A stretch of 37,912 nucleotides of DNA from a virus. The translations under genes were made by a program, and so were the position numbers. The notes beneath the pieces are model-generated. The model was not told the DNA's origin, did no database searches, and was given only the letters and a program-made list of their open reading frames with translations. Below are positions 1 to 8,393 of this stretch, one piece after another; position 1 is the stretch's first letter; the number at the start of each line of letters is the position of its first letter. The stretch is taken from positions 1 to 37,912 of IMG/VR virus record IMGVR_UViG_3300022746_000010. One strand, given 5' to 3'.

Positions 1-121
1 GTGTCAGCGTTGCGGACTGTGCGGCGGTGATCGTGGTCGACCAGCCTGGACCGTTGGCCGAAGCCACCAGGTCAAGCGCCTGCGCGCCGCGAATGAAGTA
101 ATGCAGCGCCCAGTCTGCGCT
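1..121. repeat. Terminal direct repeat, left copy (identical to 37792..37912)
   Basis: Read directly: gtgtcagcgttgcggactg...cccagtctgcgct occurs at both ends. Confidence 0.95.
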
Positions 122-208
122 GGACAACACGTTGCCCAGGTTGTCTTTCGTCTGGTCGTCCAACCAGGTGAAACTGTCGCCAGCAGATATTTGTTCGGGG
201 ATTCGCAT
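1..208 (-). CDS. N-terminal segment of a wrap-around gene (gpW-like head-tail joining protein with N-terminal extension); continues at 37791..37439
   Basis: ATG at 208 lies 3 nt after the terL stop. Hand translation gives MRIPEQISAGDSFTWLDDQTKDNLGNVLSSADWALHYFIRGAQALDLV. This is in frame with the ORF-track product starting at 37858, which is the same base as position 67. Joined length is 186 aa. Confidence 0.6.
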   Translation of the reverse strand, partial: MRIPEQISAGDSFTWLDDQTKDNLGNVLSSADWALHYFIRGAQALDLVASANGPGWSTTITAAQSATLT

Positions 209-211
209 GCT

Positions 212-2110
212 TTACCAGTTCGTGACGAATGAATTGCGCTTTTTCGGGATTATAGGCTTCGCAGGTTTGACCGCCAATTCAGCGGCATTTTCACCGTCTT
301 TCACGGGTTTCAATTTTAATGCCCGTTCGAACTGTTCCCAGATCGTGCGCCGGTTGAACCGCATGTAAAGCGACTGCATCGCGGCATAGGCATACACCGC
401 CGTGTCCAGCGCTTCGTTGCGCGCGCCTGGTTTCTTCACCCACTCGCGCACGGGGAAGCCCTTCACGTACTTGGTGATCTGCTTTTCAGCCGTCAGCTGC
501 GCGAAATACTCGGCGGTCAGTTCAGCGTGAAAGTGAACGTACCCAGCGCCTGGTTCGTTGTGCTTCAGGCGCGAATAAATCACCGACTTCACGGTGTCGA
601 CGCCCACCGGCCAGACTTCGGCGCTGCCCTTCATCACCTTGCCCTTCCAGTTCAGGTCGACGCGGCTGGGCTTTCCGATGGCCGGTTTGCCGCGCTGCGA
701 CTGGCCTTTGATCGCGTAGTAGTGCTTCGACCGGCGTTCGCGCGCGTAGGCATAGACGTCATGGGTGTGGTGGCCACCACTGTCGATGCAGGCCGCCATC
801 ACGGTCAGCGGTTCGGCCAGTTCGTGCTCGATGGGCGTGCCCAGCATGTCGTCCAGCTGGCGCCAGACTTCGGGCCGCGCTGGGTCGCCGTAGATTTCCT
901 GGTGCGCCACGGCCCAGCATTCTTCATCGCGGCCCCACCCGTACAGTGACACGGCCAGGCGGTTGTCCTGCACGTCCACGCCAGCGGTGACGGCCAGCAC
1001 GCGGGCTGGCAGCACCTTCGGGTCGTAGAACTCGGCGCGCGCCTGCAGGCTGTCGGCCCCGACCTTCGCCGAATATTCTTCTTCCCAGGTTTCGCCTAGG
1101 ACCGTGTTCACCCAGCCCTTCAGCAGCGGTGCGTCGCCCTTGGCCGCGATGAATTCTTCGACGATGGAACGCCAGGACTTCCAGCCCAGCGGTGAATACA
1201 GCGACGACAGGTGGAAGCCTGCGATGCGGCCATTGCCTTCGGCCGTAGCGCGCCATTCGCCCTTGGCCAGCATGCTGGTCTTGTGGCGTTCCTCGATCAG
1301 CGTGCCGCAGTCTTCGCAGGCGTAGGCTGCCGTCGTCGGGTCGTCGTCCTGCCACTTGATCTGCGCCCAGCGCAGCCACTGCATGTGGTCGCAGTGCGGG
1401 CAGGGGACGAAATAGCGCCGCTGGTCGGACACGTTAAATTCGCGCTCGATGCGGCTGACGTCCTTCACCGTCGGCGTGCTGCACATGAAAATCTTGCGCC
1501 GCGCGAACGTGGTGGTCCGTCGGATCGCCAGGATGACGGGGTCGCCTTCGCCATCGACGTCGACAGGGAAACCGTCGATTTCGTCCAGGAACAGGTAACG
1601 CACCGGCATCGAACGCAGGCCGACCGCGCTGTTCGCGCCGGTGACAACCAGAACACCGCCCTGGAATTCCTTCACCAGCTGCGTGTTGCCGCCATCGCGT
1701 GAACGCTGGTCCGCGATGCGTTCTTTCAGCATCGGGGTTTCTTCCATCATCGGCGCCAGGCGCTGCTTGGAAAATCGCTTTGCCGTGTCGACCGTCGGCT
1801 GCACCAGCATCATGGGGCCTGGTGCGTGGCTGATCACGAAGCCCAGCCAGTTGTTGCCGGTTTCGGACTTGCCCACCTGGGCGCCAGCCATGAACACCAC
1901 CTGTTCGACAGGGCTGTTCGGCGACAGTTCGTCCATGATCTCGCGCAGGTACGGCGTGCGCTCGGTGCGCCAGCGGCCAGGTTCAGCCGACGCCTTTTGC
2001 GACAGCATGCGGAATTCGTCCGACCACTCGCTGACGGTGAAGTCGGGGTCGGGTGTCAGTCCAGCGCGAAACGCCTGGCGGTATAAAAACGAACCGTCAG
2101 GCTGCACCAT
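212..2110 (-). CDS. terL: Terminase large subunit, lambda GpA family
   Basis: 632 aa. GpA-type N-terminal pattern (TVSEWSDEF, PGRWRTERTPYLREIMD) and a Walker A-like MAGAQVGKSE. It overlaps terS by 14 nt. One gene (gpW-like) separates it from the portal gene. Confidence 0.93.
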   Translation of the reverse strand: MVQPDGSFLYRQAFRAGLTPDPDFTVSEWSDEFRMLSQKASAEPGRWRTERTPYLREIMDELSPNSPVEQVVFMAGAQVGKSETGNNWLGFVISHAPGPMMLVQPTVDTAKRFSKQRLAPMMEETPMLKERIADQRSRDGGNTQLVKEFQGGVLVVTGANSAVGLRSMPVRYLFLDEIDGFPVDVDGEGDPVILAIRRTTTFARRKIFMCSTPTVKDVSRIEREFNVSDQRRYFVPCPHCDHMQWLRWAQIKWQDDDPTTAAYACEDCGTLIEERHKTSMLAKGEWRATAEGNGRIAGFHLSSLYSPLGWKSWRSIVEEFIAAKGDAPLLKGWVNTVLGETWEEEYSAKVGADSLQARAEFYDPKVLPARVLAVTAGVDVQDNRLAVSLYGWGRDEECWAVAHQEIYGDPARPEVWRQLDDMLGTPIEHELAEPLTVMAACIDSGGHHTHDVYAYARERRSKHYYAIKGQSQRGKPAIGKPSRVDLNWKGKVMKGSAEVWPVGVDTVKSVIYSRLKHNEPGAGYVHFHAELTAEYFAQLTAEKQITKYVKGFPVREWVKKPGARNEALDTAVYAYAAMQSLYMRFNRRTIWEQFERALKLKPVKDGENAAELAVKPAKPIIPKKRNSFVTNW

Positions 2111-2612
2111 CTTCAGCCCCCAGCGCGCTTTCCAATGCCTTGCGGATTTCCTCGGTCAGACGCCGGTGGATCACGAAGTTGTCGGTCTGGCCGGTTAGTT
2201 CTGCAGCCACGCGGTCGGGGATGTTCAGCATGCCGTCGCGGATCATGCGCGCGACCTTGAACGCCTCTTTCTTCACAGCTTCGGCGTCGACCAGGGTGCC
2301 AGCTTTCTGTTCGTACTCGAGACGCGAAAGTTCAGCCTGATATTGCTCTTTCTTCGCCCTGCTTGCGGCGTAGGTCGCGGCCTCGCCTTCGATGCCAGCG
2401 TCGCCAAGCATCATGCGGTTGTTGTGTTCGCCACGGTCGATGCTGGTCGTGGCTGCCCATTCCTGGTCGGCCAGGTCCACGTCGATCTTGAAAGCCTTGC
2501 CGTCACGCGTGACCGACTTCGTCAGTCGACCGTCGCGGATTGCTTGCAGCACGGCAGGCTTGCTGACGCCACGGTGTGTGGCGTACTTGGCAGCCGAAAT
2601 GAAGTTCCCCAT
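2097..2612 (-). CDS. terS: Terminase small subunit (Nu1-like architecture)
   Basis: 171 aa. N-terminal HTH (AAKYATHRGVSKPAVLQAIRDGRL) followed by a coiled coil. It lies directly upstream of terL and overlaps it. Confidence 0.7.
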   Translation of the reverse strand: MGNFISAAKYATHRGVSKPAVLQAIRDGRLTKSVTRDGKAFKIDVDLADQEWAATTSIDRGEHNNRMMLGDAGIEGEAATYAASRAKKEQYQAELSRLEYEQKAGTLVDAEAVKKEAFKVARMIRDGMLNIPDRVAAELTGQTDNFVIHRRLTEEIRKALESALGAEDGAA

Positions 2613-2800
2613 GTGCTTGTTTGTTTAATTTATGAAGCTGGAATGCGATTTTGCACCAAATAGCGAAGGCGTGTCGTTGTTTAAATCGGGATTAAAAATG
2701 ATACCCAGTGACCCATCGGTGAAAAGCAAGTTAGTACGCACTCACTAGCGTTTTATCGCGGTCGCGCGTTACCCTCATTGGCCCTGCCCCTGGAGGGACC

Positions 2801-2820
2801 CAAAAGTTTCAATCTGAAAC
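2801..2820 (-). terminator. Weak hairpin plus T-run after the gp10-like gene
   Basis: Minus strand reads GTTTCA-GAT-TGAAAC followed by TTTTG, 9 nt after the stop at 2829. The stem is short and AT-rich. Confidence 0.3.
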
Positions 2821-2828
2821 CCTTGGTA

Positions 2829-3473
2829 TTACTTTGCAGTTTGCATGGCATAGAACACCGCGTCCTTCAGATTGCGGTCGAACTTCTTGGTCGCAACGTC
2901 AACGCCAGTGGTGTGCAGGCCCAGCCTGGCCTTCACGAACGCACGGGGTCGCAACGCGTACAGGAAATCCAGGCGGTTCTTGCGTCCTTTGTAGCCAGGC
3001 TTCACGCGCACCAGGTACTTCTTGGACGACTGGGTCGTCAGCACTGCCGTCAGCGTTCCACCCTTGTGGCCACCCTTCGGGGTCAATGTGTTTTTGATGT
3101 TCTTTGGCAGGTCCTTGGTGGCGATCATGCCGCGCTTGGTACGCCGCACTGCATCCAATGGGATGGCCACGTTGCTGCCATACATCGGCAGTTTGTCTGC
3201 GCCTTCTTCTTGTCGGTACATGAATTTGGCATCACGACTGAACACCACCGATTCCAGGTTTGTCTTCTTGGCCGGTGTGATCACGATGCCCTTCACGATC
3301 CACTCACGTCGCAGCGTGAACCTGTTGGGCATGTCTGCACGCACAGCGTCTTGCACATCCTTGGCCGTCTGTGTCAGCGCCTTGGCGATGGCAAAGGGCG
3401 CCTGGCTGGATGTGAAGCCAGACAGCATGGCTTTCATCTTGGAAAGATCGGCAGTTACTTGGAAGGTCAGCAT
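2829..3473 (-). CDS. Virion-module protein resembling the HK97 gp10 / tail-completion family (function tentative)
   Basis: I prefer ATG at 3473 (GGAG about 10 nt upstream), giving 214 aa. The ORF-track GTG at 3503 lies inside the iteron region. The N-terminal pattern DLSKMKAMLSGFTSSQAPFAIAKALTQTAKDVQDAVRADMPNRFTLR resembles the gp10 family. Confidence 0.5.
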   Translation of the reverse strand: MLTFQVTADLSKMKAMLSGFTSSQAPFAIAKALTQTAKDVQDAVRADMPNRFTLRREWIVKGIVITPAKKTNLESVVFSRDAKFMYRQEEGADKLPMYGSNVAIPLDAVRRTKRGMIATKDLPKNIKNTLTPKGGHKGGTLTAVLTTQSSKKYLVRVKPGYKGRKNRLDFLYALRPRAFVKARLGLHTTGVDVATKKFDRNLKDAVFYAMQTAK

Positions 3474-3493
3474 GATGGTATTTTCTCCGAAAG

Positions 3494-3737
3494 GGGGTGA
3501 CACGGGGTGTCACGCTGTAAGTCGTTGATTTATAAAGGGATGACGCCATAAGCGTGACGGGCGTGTACACCGTGACACTGATTTCCATATACGCGGGCGT
3601 TTTCGCGTTTTCCCCTTACTCCCCCTTTTTTCCTATATATATATAAAAGGGTGTCACACCTGTACACGGTGTCACGAACCCAGTGTTTATGCGGGTTTGC
3701 GGCGTGACGCCCCCGTGACGGGTGTGTACAGGTCACC
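3494..3737. promoter_or_regulatory. Iteron cluster with an AT-rich (TA)6 / polypyrimidine spacer (candidate ori, cos or late-control region)
   Basis: There are three 24-26-bp units. They are CGTGACGGGCGTGTACACCGTGACAC (3553-3578), its inverted relative (3651-3676) and CGTGACGGGTGTGTACAGGTCACC (3714-3737). GTGACAC-GGG-GTGTCAC lies at 3497-3513, and extra CGTGAC half-sites are present. tatatatatata lies at 3634-3645. Confidence 0.6.
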
Positions 3738-5814
3738 ACTGATTGCCCACTTTCGGTGGTGCCAGCAGCATTCGACCGTTGTGCGTGCGCTTGCCTTGGT
3801 TGCCGTTCTTCTGGCGAATGAACGCCGACGCCTTGTTCACGTCGCTGCTGTTTGGCTTCTCTAAGCCGACCTCGTACATGATGTCGGTGGCTGATCGCCA
3901 GGTCCATTCGGTCATGGGCACGTTCCACAACAGTCGGCTTTGAATGCGTTCGTGGATCGGGTCGATGACCGTGAAATCCTCGTTCGACTGGTTCAGTCGA
4001 TCCATTTCATCCGGCTGCAAATAATATGTTTCGCCTTTGTTGTATAAAAACAACACTTCAGCCCACACCTGCTGCATGTCCAGGCAGTGGCTGTGGTCGA
4101 TCCACTTGGCCTCGATGGTCCAGTATCGCCGGTTGCCGGTTGCGTCGTGCAGGAATTGCTTCGGGTTGACCGATGCGAAGAACACGGTGCGACGTGCGAA
4201 GTGGCTTTCTTTGCGTGCGTAAGGTCGGCGCAGAACGTCTGACTGGTTCGTGATGAACGACTTCAGGGCTGCGATGTCCGATTTCCTGAACGTCGCATCC
4301 AGTTCGCCAAGTTCGACCAGCCAAAAGCTACAGACCTGTTTCACGCTGTCCTTGTCGTGCGGCTGCAGCAGCATGCCGTCTTTCAGCAGGTTCAAGTGTT
4401 CGGGCACAAGGGTTTTGAACCACTTGGTCTTTCCCAGGTACTGGTCGCCCTGCAGCGTCAGCACACCATGCGCACTGACGCCGTCCGGCCTGAATGCGGC
4501 GGCCACCGCGCTGATCATCCAGCGCTTCATCAGCACGCACTTCAGTTCGTTGTCGACTGCGTCGATTGTGTCGAATAGGTCCTGCAGACGCGACTGGCCG
4601 TCCCAGGGCTTGGATTTGATCCACTCGGCGACTGGGTTGTACAGGTTCTGGTCGGCGATATAGGTCACGTAATCGCCCAGCGCGTCGGTGGGGTACTGAA
4701 ATCGCACGCATTCGCTGCGCAGCCACGCCAGTGATGCGTTGGCCTGGTTGTCGACGCTGAACGCCTGGCCAGGGATCAGGATTTCGTCTTCTTTCTTGAT
4801 GACGTTGTAGCGAACGCGCGCGCCCATGCGGTCGATGATCTCGTACAGGTTCGCGATGATGCCCAGCGGCTTGCCCTTCGGGTTTGCATGCGCCAGGGGC
4901 GTGAAGTAGTCCACCAGGTGGTGGTTGTCGTTGGCTGGCACCAGTGCGGCCACGGCTTCCAGTCCTTGGCTGACCGCCAGGTCGTTGAAGTCGCCACCGG
5001 CTTCGGGTGCGACCACGGTGGCGCCGATTTTCTCTGCTGCTTTGGTCGCCTTGGTCATGCCTGGGTTGCCTGGTGTGTTCACGTCGTTGTCGGCCCACAG
5101 TTCGATGGCGATGTTGCTGGGCAGCTTCAGGCGCAGGGCTTCACAGACTGGTTCCAGGTTGCCAGCGTCGAACGCGATGGCCACGGGCGTGCCGGTTGCC
5201 TGGCAGACGCTGGCGCCGGTGGCGAAGCCTTCCACCACGATCAAGCGGTCAACGGGCTTGGTGCCGATGCCGAAATAGCAGCCGCGTTTCTGGCCACCGG
5301 ATAGAAACCGCTTGTTGCCTTCGTCGTCGATGAACTGCAGCGACTGCAGCGTGCCGTCTGACGAATACATCGGCAGCACCAGCTTGCCACGGCTTTCGCG
5401 CAGTCCGTGGGCTTTGATCTGTTTGCGCACCAAATACGGGTGGTTGTCGTTGGCCGGTGTGGACTGTGCCCAGATTTCGGCAGCCTTGGCCCTGGCTTCG
5501 GCGCGCACGCGCTGCTGTTCGGCTTCGTTCTGTTTGCGCACATCGTCCATGCGCTTGGCGTATGCCTTGCGTTCGTCCGGTGTGAATTCGTGTTCGGACT
5601 TGGCCGACCACGATGCCTTCACGTCGTGCTTCCAACTGCCGAAGGCGCCAGCGGGTATGCCGTCGCCGTGCAGGATGTACCAGCCGTTCTTCGCTGTTCG
5701 CTTATCGCCGTCGATGTGAATTCTGTGGCGAACACCGTCGTCGATGATTTGTTCGTCGGTGTTCAGGCCCGCCGCGATCATTGCGTCGCGGAATTGCTCG
5801 ATGTGGTTGGTCAT
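3733..5814 (-). CDS. Bifunctional DNA primase (Toprim type) / VirE-P4-alpha-like NTPase-helicase
   Basis: 693 aa. Toprim-like segment: VVEGFATGASV...AFDAGNL...WADND. C-terminal VirE-like segment: Walker A GDQYLGKTKW and Walker B-like FWLVELGELD. Confidence 0.9.
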   Translation of the reverse strand: MTNHIEQFRDAMIAAGLNTDEQIIDDGVRHRIHIDGDKRTAKNGWYILHGDGIPAGAFGSWKHDVKASWSAKSEHEFTPDERKAYAKRMDDVRKQNEAEQQRVRAEARAKAAEIWAQSTPANDNHPYLVRKQIKAHGLRESRGKLVLPMYSSDGTLQSLQFIDDEGNKRFLSGGQKRGCYFGIGTKPVDRLIVVEGFATGASVCQATGTPVAIAFDAGNLEPVCEALRLKLPSNIAIELWADNDVNTPGNPGMTKATKAAEKIGATVVAPEAGGDFNDLAVSQGLEAVAALVPANDNHHLVDYFTPLAHANPKGKPLGIIANLYEIIDRMGARVRYNVIKKEDEILIPGQAFSVDNQANASLAWLRSECVRFQYPTDALGDYVTYIADQNLYNPVAEWIKSKPWDGQSRLQDLFDTIDAVDNELKCVLMKRWMISAVAAAFRPDGVSAHGVLTLQGDQYLGKTKWFKTLVPEHLNLLKDGMLLQPHDKDSVKQVCSFWLVELGELDATFRKSDIAALKSFITNQSDVLRRPYARKESHFARRTVFFASVNPKQFLHDATGNRRYWTIEAKWIDHSHCLDMQQVWAEVLFLYNKGETYYLQPDEMDRLNQSNEDFTVIDPIHERIQSRLLWNVPMTEWTWRSATDIMYEVGLEKPNSSDVNKASAFIRQKNGNQGKRTHNGRMLLAPPKVGNQW

Positions 5815-6056
5815 TCGTCACCCCGACCAGCAAGACGTTGGGCGCGGTCACGCGCTTCTAGGATGCCAGCCAGCGCGACTACATCGGACGCAGTAAATTC
5901 GCGCACCCTATGCTCTAGCAGGATGCGTTTTGCGATGTCGACGTATTCGTGAACTGTGTAGGCAGCCTCAAAGCTGATGACACTTGCAGAACTGTCAAGC
6001 AGTTCGCGCATTCTCGTTTTGAATGGTAGGGATGACGGGGAAATGTCGTGTGACAT
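5811..6056 (-). CDS. Hypothetical protein (81 aa)
   Basis: ATG at 6056 with AAAGG upstream. Its stop overlaps the primase start (ATGA). Confidence 0.5.
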   Translation of the reverse strand: MSHDISPSSLPFKTRMRELLDSSASVISFEAAYTVHEYVDIAKRILLEHRVREFTASDVVALAGILEARDRAQRLAGRGDE

Positions 6057-6134
6057 ACGGACCTTTCGAATGACGCGCACTTGTATTGGTGAAGGGCCGC
6101 GCGTCACAGCCCCTCGGATGCAAACTATACCCGA

Positions 6135-6314
6135 TCACCGACTGTTGTTTTTTTGCGACAGATATTTCATGGCCAGGCCCACAGCGACTGGCACTGGCCA
6201 CCGGCCAGCCTTCCACCCGCACAGCGTCGTTTCTGCCACGCCAAGCCTGGTGCACAGCTGGGCATTGGTCAGTTTCATGTCGCGCTGTGCCTGGCGCAGT
6301 TGTTCGCCGGTCAT
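6135..6314 (-). CDS. Small HTH DNA-binding protein (Cro/C1-XRE-like, 59 aa)
   Basis: ATG at 6314 overlaps the stop of the upstream peptide (ATGA). HTH pattern: LTNAQLCTRLGVAETTLCGWKAG. Confidence 0.6.
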   Translation of the reverse strand: MTGEQLRQAQRDMKLTNAQLCTRLGVAETTLCGWKAGRWPVPVAVGLAMKYLSQKNNSR

Positions 6315-6427
6315 TCCTGGCCGCCGATCTCGTGACGAACCCAGCACAGCAGCACCACGACGAACGCAAGCACCGAACCGAAGATCAGCGCCAGCAGCGT
6401 CAGCAGCGATTTAAGTTCCTCGGGCAT
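6311..6427 (-). CDS. Small single-pass membrane peptide (38 aa)
   Basis: Below the ORF-track cutoff, so hand-translated: MPEELKSLLTLLALIFGSVLAFVVVLLCWVRHEIGGQE. AGGAAA lies upstream. ATGA coupling to the next gene. Confidence 0.4.
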   Translation of the reverse strand: MPEELKSLLTLLALIFGSVLAFVVVLLCWVRHEIGGQE

Positions 6428-6602
6428 TGTTCTGTTTCCTGTTTTTGTGCGCGTTGCTGTTGATGTCGATGCGTGCAGGCTCGATGCCTTTGGCGCGGGC
6501 TTTCTCGACGATGCGCGACACGCTGCGGCTGCGGCGTGCGTTGCGCTCCATGTCTGTGGTGTCGATGTTCGGTTTGAACCGTGGGTCGAATGCGTTGATC
6601 AC
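6411..6602 (-). CDS. Hypothetical basic protein (63 aa)
   Basis: GTG start preceded by AAGGGGC plus 4 nt. GTGA overlap with the upstream stop. Confidence 0.5.
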   Translation of the reverse strand: MINAFDPRFKPNIDTTDMERNARRSRSVSRIVEKARAKGIEPARIDINSNAHKNRKQNNARGT

Positions 6603-6820
6603 ATCAGCCCCTTCGCACGCAGTTCTTCCACTTCGCGCTGCAGCCGGTCGGTGCGCGCTTTAAGCAGGCGGTGTTCGGTTTCCAGTTCTTCGATGACTTC
6701 GCAGGGTGTCGGCGCGACCACGGGTGGCTTGCGTCCGAATATGCGGTCGAAGTTGTGCGCGAATGCGCTGTGGTTTGTTGGGCGTTGCTTGTCGCCTTTG
6801 CCGCCGTCGCCGTGTGTCAT
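6599..6820 (-). CDS. Hypothetical protein (73 aa) with C-terminal coiled coil
   Basis: GAGGAAG plus 4 nt precedes the ATG. ATGA overlap with the upstream stop. Confidence 0.6.
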   Translation of the reverse strand: MTHGDGGKGDKQRPTNHSAFAHNFDRIFGRKPPVVAPTPCEVIEELETEHRLLKARTDRLQREVEELRAKGLM

Positions 6821-7080
6821 TTAGCTTCCTCGCATTGATTGAAAAAATCGGTTGCAGTCATTACAGCCAGTTCGCCGTCTTGGTTTCGAGTCAGCCATTC
6901 GCCTTGTTTGACCACGGCGTATTTATCGCCAGCATGAAACACGATGGTCATAGTTCCCTCGCCATCGCATTTGCAGTTGAACTGCTCTATGCGCGCCACG
7001 TTCTGCAGGTCTTTAATTGAATTGACGTCTTCGAATCGTGCGGCCCAAAGATACGGGCGCTTCCAGTAATATGCTTTCAT
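6817..7080 (-). CDS. Hypothetical protein (87 aa)
   Basis: ATGA coupled on both sides. Confidence 0.6.
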   Translation of the reverse strand: MKAYYWKRPYLWAARFEDVNSIKDLQNVARIEQFNCKCDGEGTMTIVFHAGDKYAVVKQGEWLTRNQDGELAVMTATDFFNQCEEAK

Positions 7081-7286
7081 TTCATGGTGTCCTTAAAAGT
7101 CTGCACCGCCGCGTCCAGCGCGATGCTGCGTGTGTTCTTCAGCAGTTCGCGCAGGTCGTTGATGATGTTGGCCTGCAGTCTGATTTCCATTTGCATGGCT
7201 TCAAATTGCGGGTTTGCGTCGTGGCTTTCGATGATCACGCCGTCAGCATTGCGCACCAGGCGCACGAAGTCGGTGGTCGTGGTCAT
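7077..7286 (-). CDS. Hypothetical protein (69 aa)
   Basis: ATGA coupled on both sides. Confidence 0.6.
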   Translation of the reverse strand: MTTTTDFVRLVRNADGVIIESHDANPQFEAMQMEIRLQANIINDLRELLKNTRSIALDAAVQTFKDTMK

Positions 7287-7786
7287 CGCATCAGCCCCGC
7301 GAATGGGTGCGACGTCATCATGCGCCAGGCCGTGCCGTTTCTGATCTTACCGACCAGGCCGTGGCTGACGCCGTACATTGCGCCGATCTCGCGTGATGGC
7401 AGCGTCGACGCGCGGATGTCTTGCACCTGTTCTTCGGTCAGCTTGGCGCGGTGTGTCCTGGCGTATGCCTGGATTTTCGCGTTGCGCATCGGGTTGCTGT
7501 TGCCTGCCTTGCTCATGGCTTTCATGTGCTGGGCGTGGCTGTGAATGACTGTGTGCGCTGGGTTCACGCATCGAAAGTTGTCGCACTTGGGCACGGCGTA
7601 GCTGTTCGGCTTCATGTCGCGGCCCAGCAGCGTGGTGAAGACGCGGCGCACCGGCTGCATCTTGCCGTCGTGAAACACCTGCGGCGTATTGTTGGCGATG
7701 TAGCGCTGCCATTCCCAGCAGTCGCCGATCTCGACGCAGTGCTGTTTCAGGCTGTCGACTGTGTGCGTTTTCTGGGTGCGCGTCAT
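7283..7786 (-). CDS. HNH_3-like DNA-binding protein with C-terminal HTH; first catalytic His apparently substituted
   Basis: 167 aa. GDCWEW is present. KCDNFRCVNPAH appears where HNH enzymes have HxCDNxxCVNPxH. C-terminal LTEEQVQDIR...REIGAMYGVSHGLVGKIRNGTAW is HTH-like. Confidence 0.65.
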   Translation of the reverse strand: MTRTQKTHTVDSLKQHCVEIGDCWEWQRYIANNTPQVFHDGKMQPVRRVFTTLLGRDMKPNSYAVPKCDNFRCVNPAHTVIHSHAQHMKAMSKAGNSNPMRNAKIQAYARTHRAKLTEEQVQDIRASTLPSREIGAMYGVSHGLVGKIRNGTAWRMMTSHPFAGLMR

Positions 7787-8208
7787 GCTGCACCGCCTGT
7801 GGCTTTCTTGATCGCCTGAATTGCTTTGTATTCAGCGTCAAATACAAAATCGCCAGCATCTTCGCCGTTGAAATTGATGGCTTTCAACATGAACTGCAAA
7901 GCGTCCAGCAACTCAGGCGCTGCGGCCATCAGGCGTGCGTCTGGGTGCGTGACAAGCTGGTGCCAACTTTTGTGATGCTCTCGACCAGGTTCTGGCGCGA
8001 TCCATTCCGGCTTGTCGCACAGCCGGTCCATCAGGTTCATTCCATCCACTGATGTATCACGGAATCGTGGAACTGCATTACCCATGCCCCAGCGGGCAAA
8101 ATCCATCACCGTCAAATCAAATATTGGACGACCGCCGACCAAGTCCACGGTTTTGTGTGCGGCGTTAAATTCCCAGCGCCACGGCCCAGGTGTGTGTGCT
8201 GTTGTCAT
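7783..8208 (-). CDS. Hypothetical phage protein (141 aa; N-terminal HTPGPW motif)
   Basis: Coupled by ATGA on both sides. The product ends GGAA. Confidence 0.6.
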   Translation of the reverse strand: MTTAHTPGPWRWEFNAAHKTVDLVGGRPIFDLTVMDFARWGMGNAVPRFRDTSVDGMNLMDRLCDKPEWIAPEPGREHHKSWHQLVTHPDARLMAAAPELLDALQFMLKAINFNGEDAGDFVFDAEYKAIQAIKKATGGAA

Positions 8209-8393
8209 TTCGCCTTGGCCCCCAGCAGTTTCTTCACGCTCTTGCTTTGCTCGGTGCTTGGCGGTTCGACGTACTCAGGACGCGGCGACAGTGGCACCCA
8301 TCCAAATCGCCGCCAGGTGGTGGTGACGTCGGTCTGTGCGCTGTTGCGATATTTAAAGTCTGGATGCGTTAGGTGCAGTGTTGGCTTGGCCAT
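8205..8393 (-). CDS. Hypothetical protein (62 aa)
   Basis: ATG at 8393 preceded by AAGGGG. It overlaps the upstream gene by 41 nt in another frame. Confidence 0.45.
   Translation of the reverse strand: MAKPTLHLTHPDFKYRNSAQTDVTTTWRRFGWVPLSPRPEYVEPPSTEQSKSVKKLLGAKAK

Noticed and set aside
1-121. A physical direct terminal repeat of the virion chromosome
   Set aside because: The repeat lies inside an uninterrupted reading frame, and the terminase is of the cos-type GpA family. Assembly overlap of a circular template is the simpler explanation. Read-level data would be needed to be certain.
2502-2513. Perfect palindromes GTCACGCGTGAC (2502-2513, inside terS) and GTCACGTGAC (10961-10970, upstream of ssb) that share the CGTGAC half-site of the iterons
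   Set aside because: In 38 kb roughly 9 perfect 12-mers and about 37 perfect 10-mer palindromes are expected by chance. Without clustering they are not significant. I note them only because of the shared half-site.
3304-3588. 94-aa minus-strand ORF crossing the iteron region
   Set aside because: It is out of frame with, and mostly overlapping, the gp10-like gene. It has no SD and a Cys/His/Arg-rich translation.
3634-3645. (TA)6 run as a CRISPR-like or microsatellite feature
   Set aside because: It is a single short dinucleotide run with no spacer-repeat organisation. I interpret it only as an easily melted element within the iteron region.
4328-5098. 256-aa alternative-frame ORF inside the primase gene
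   Set aside because: It is embedded out of frame in a gene with strong motif support. Its Arg/Pro/Gly-rich translation is typical of off-frame high-GC sequence.
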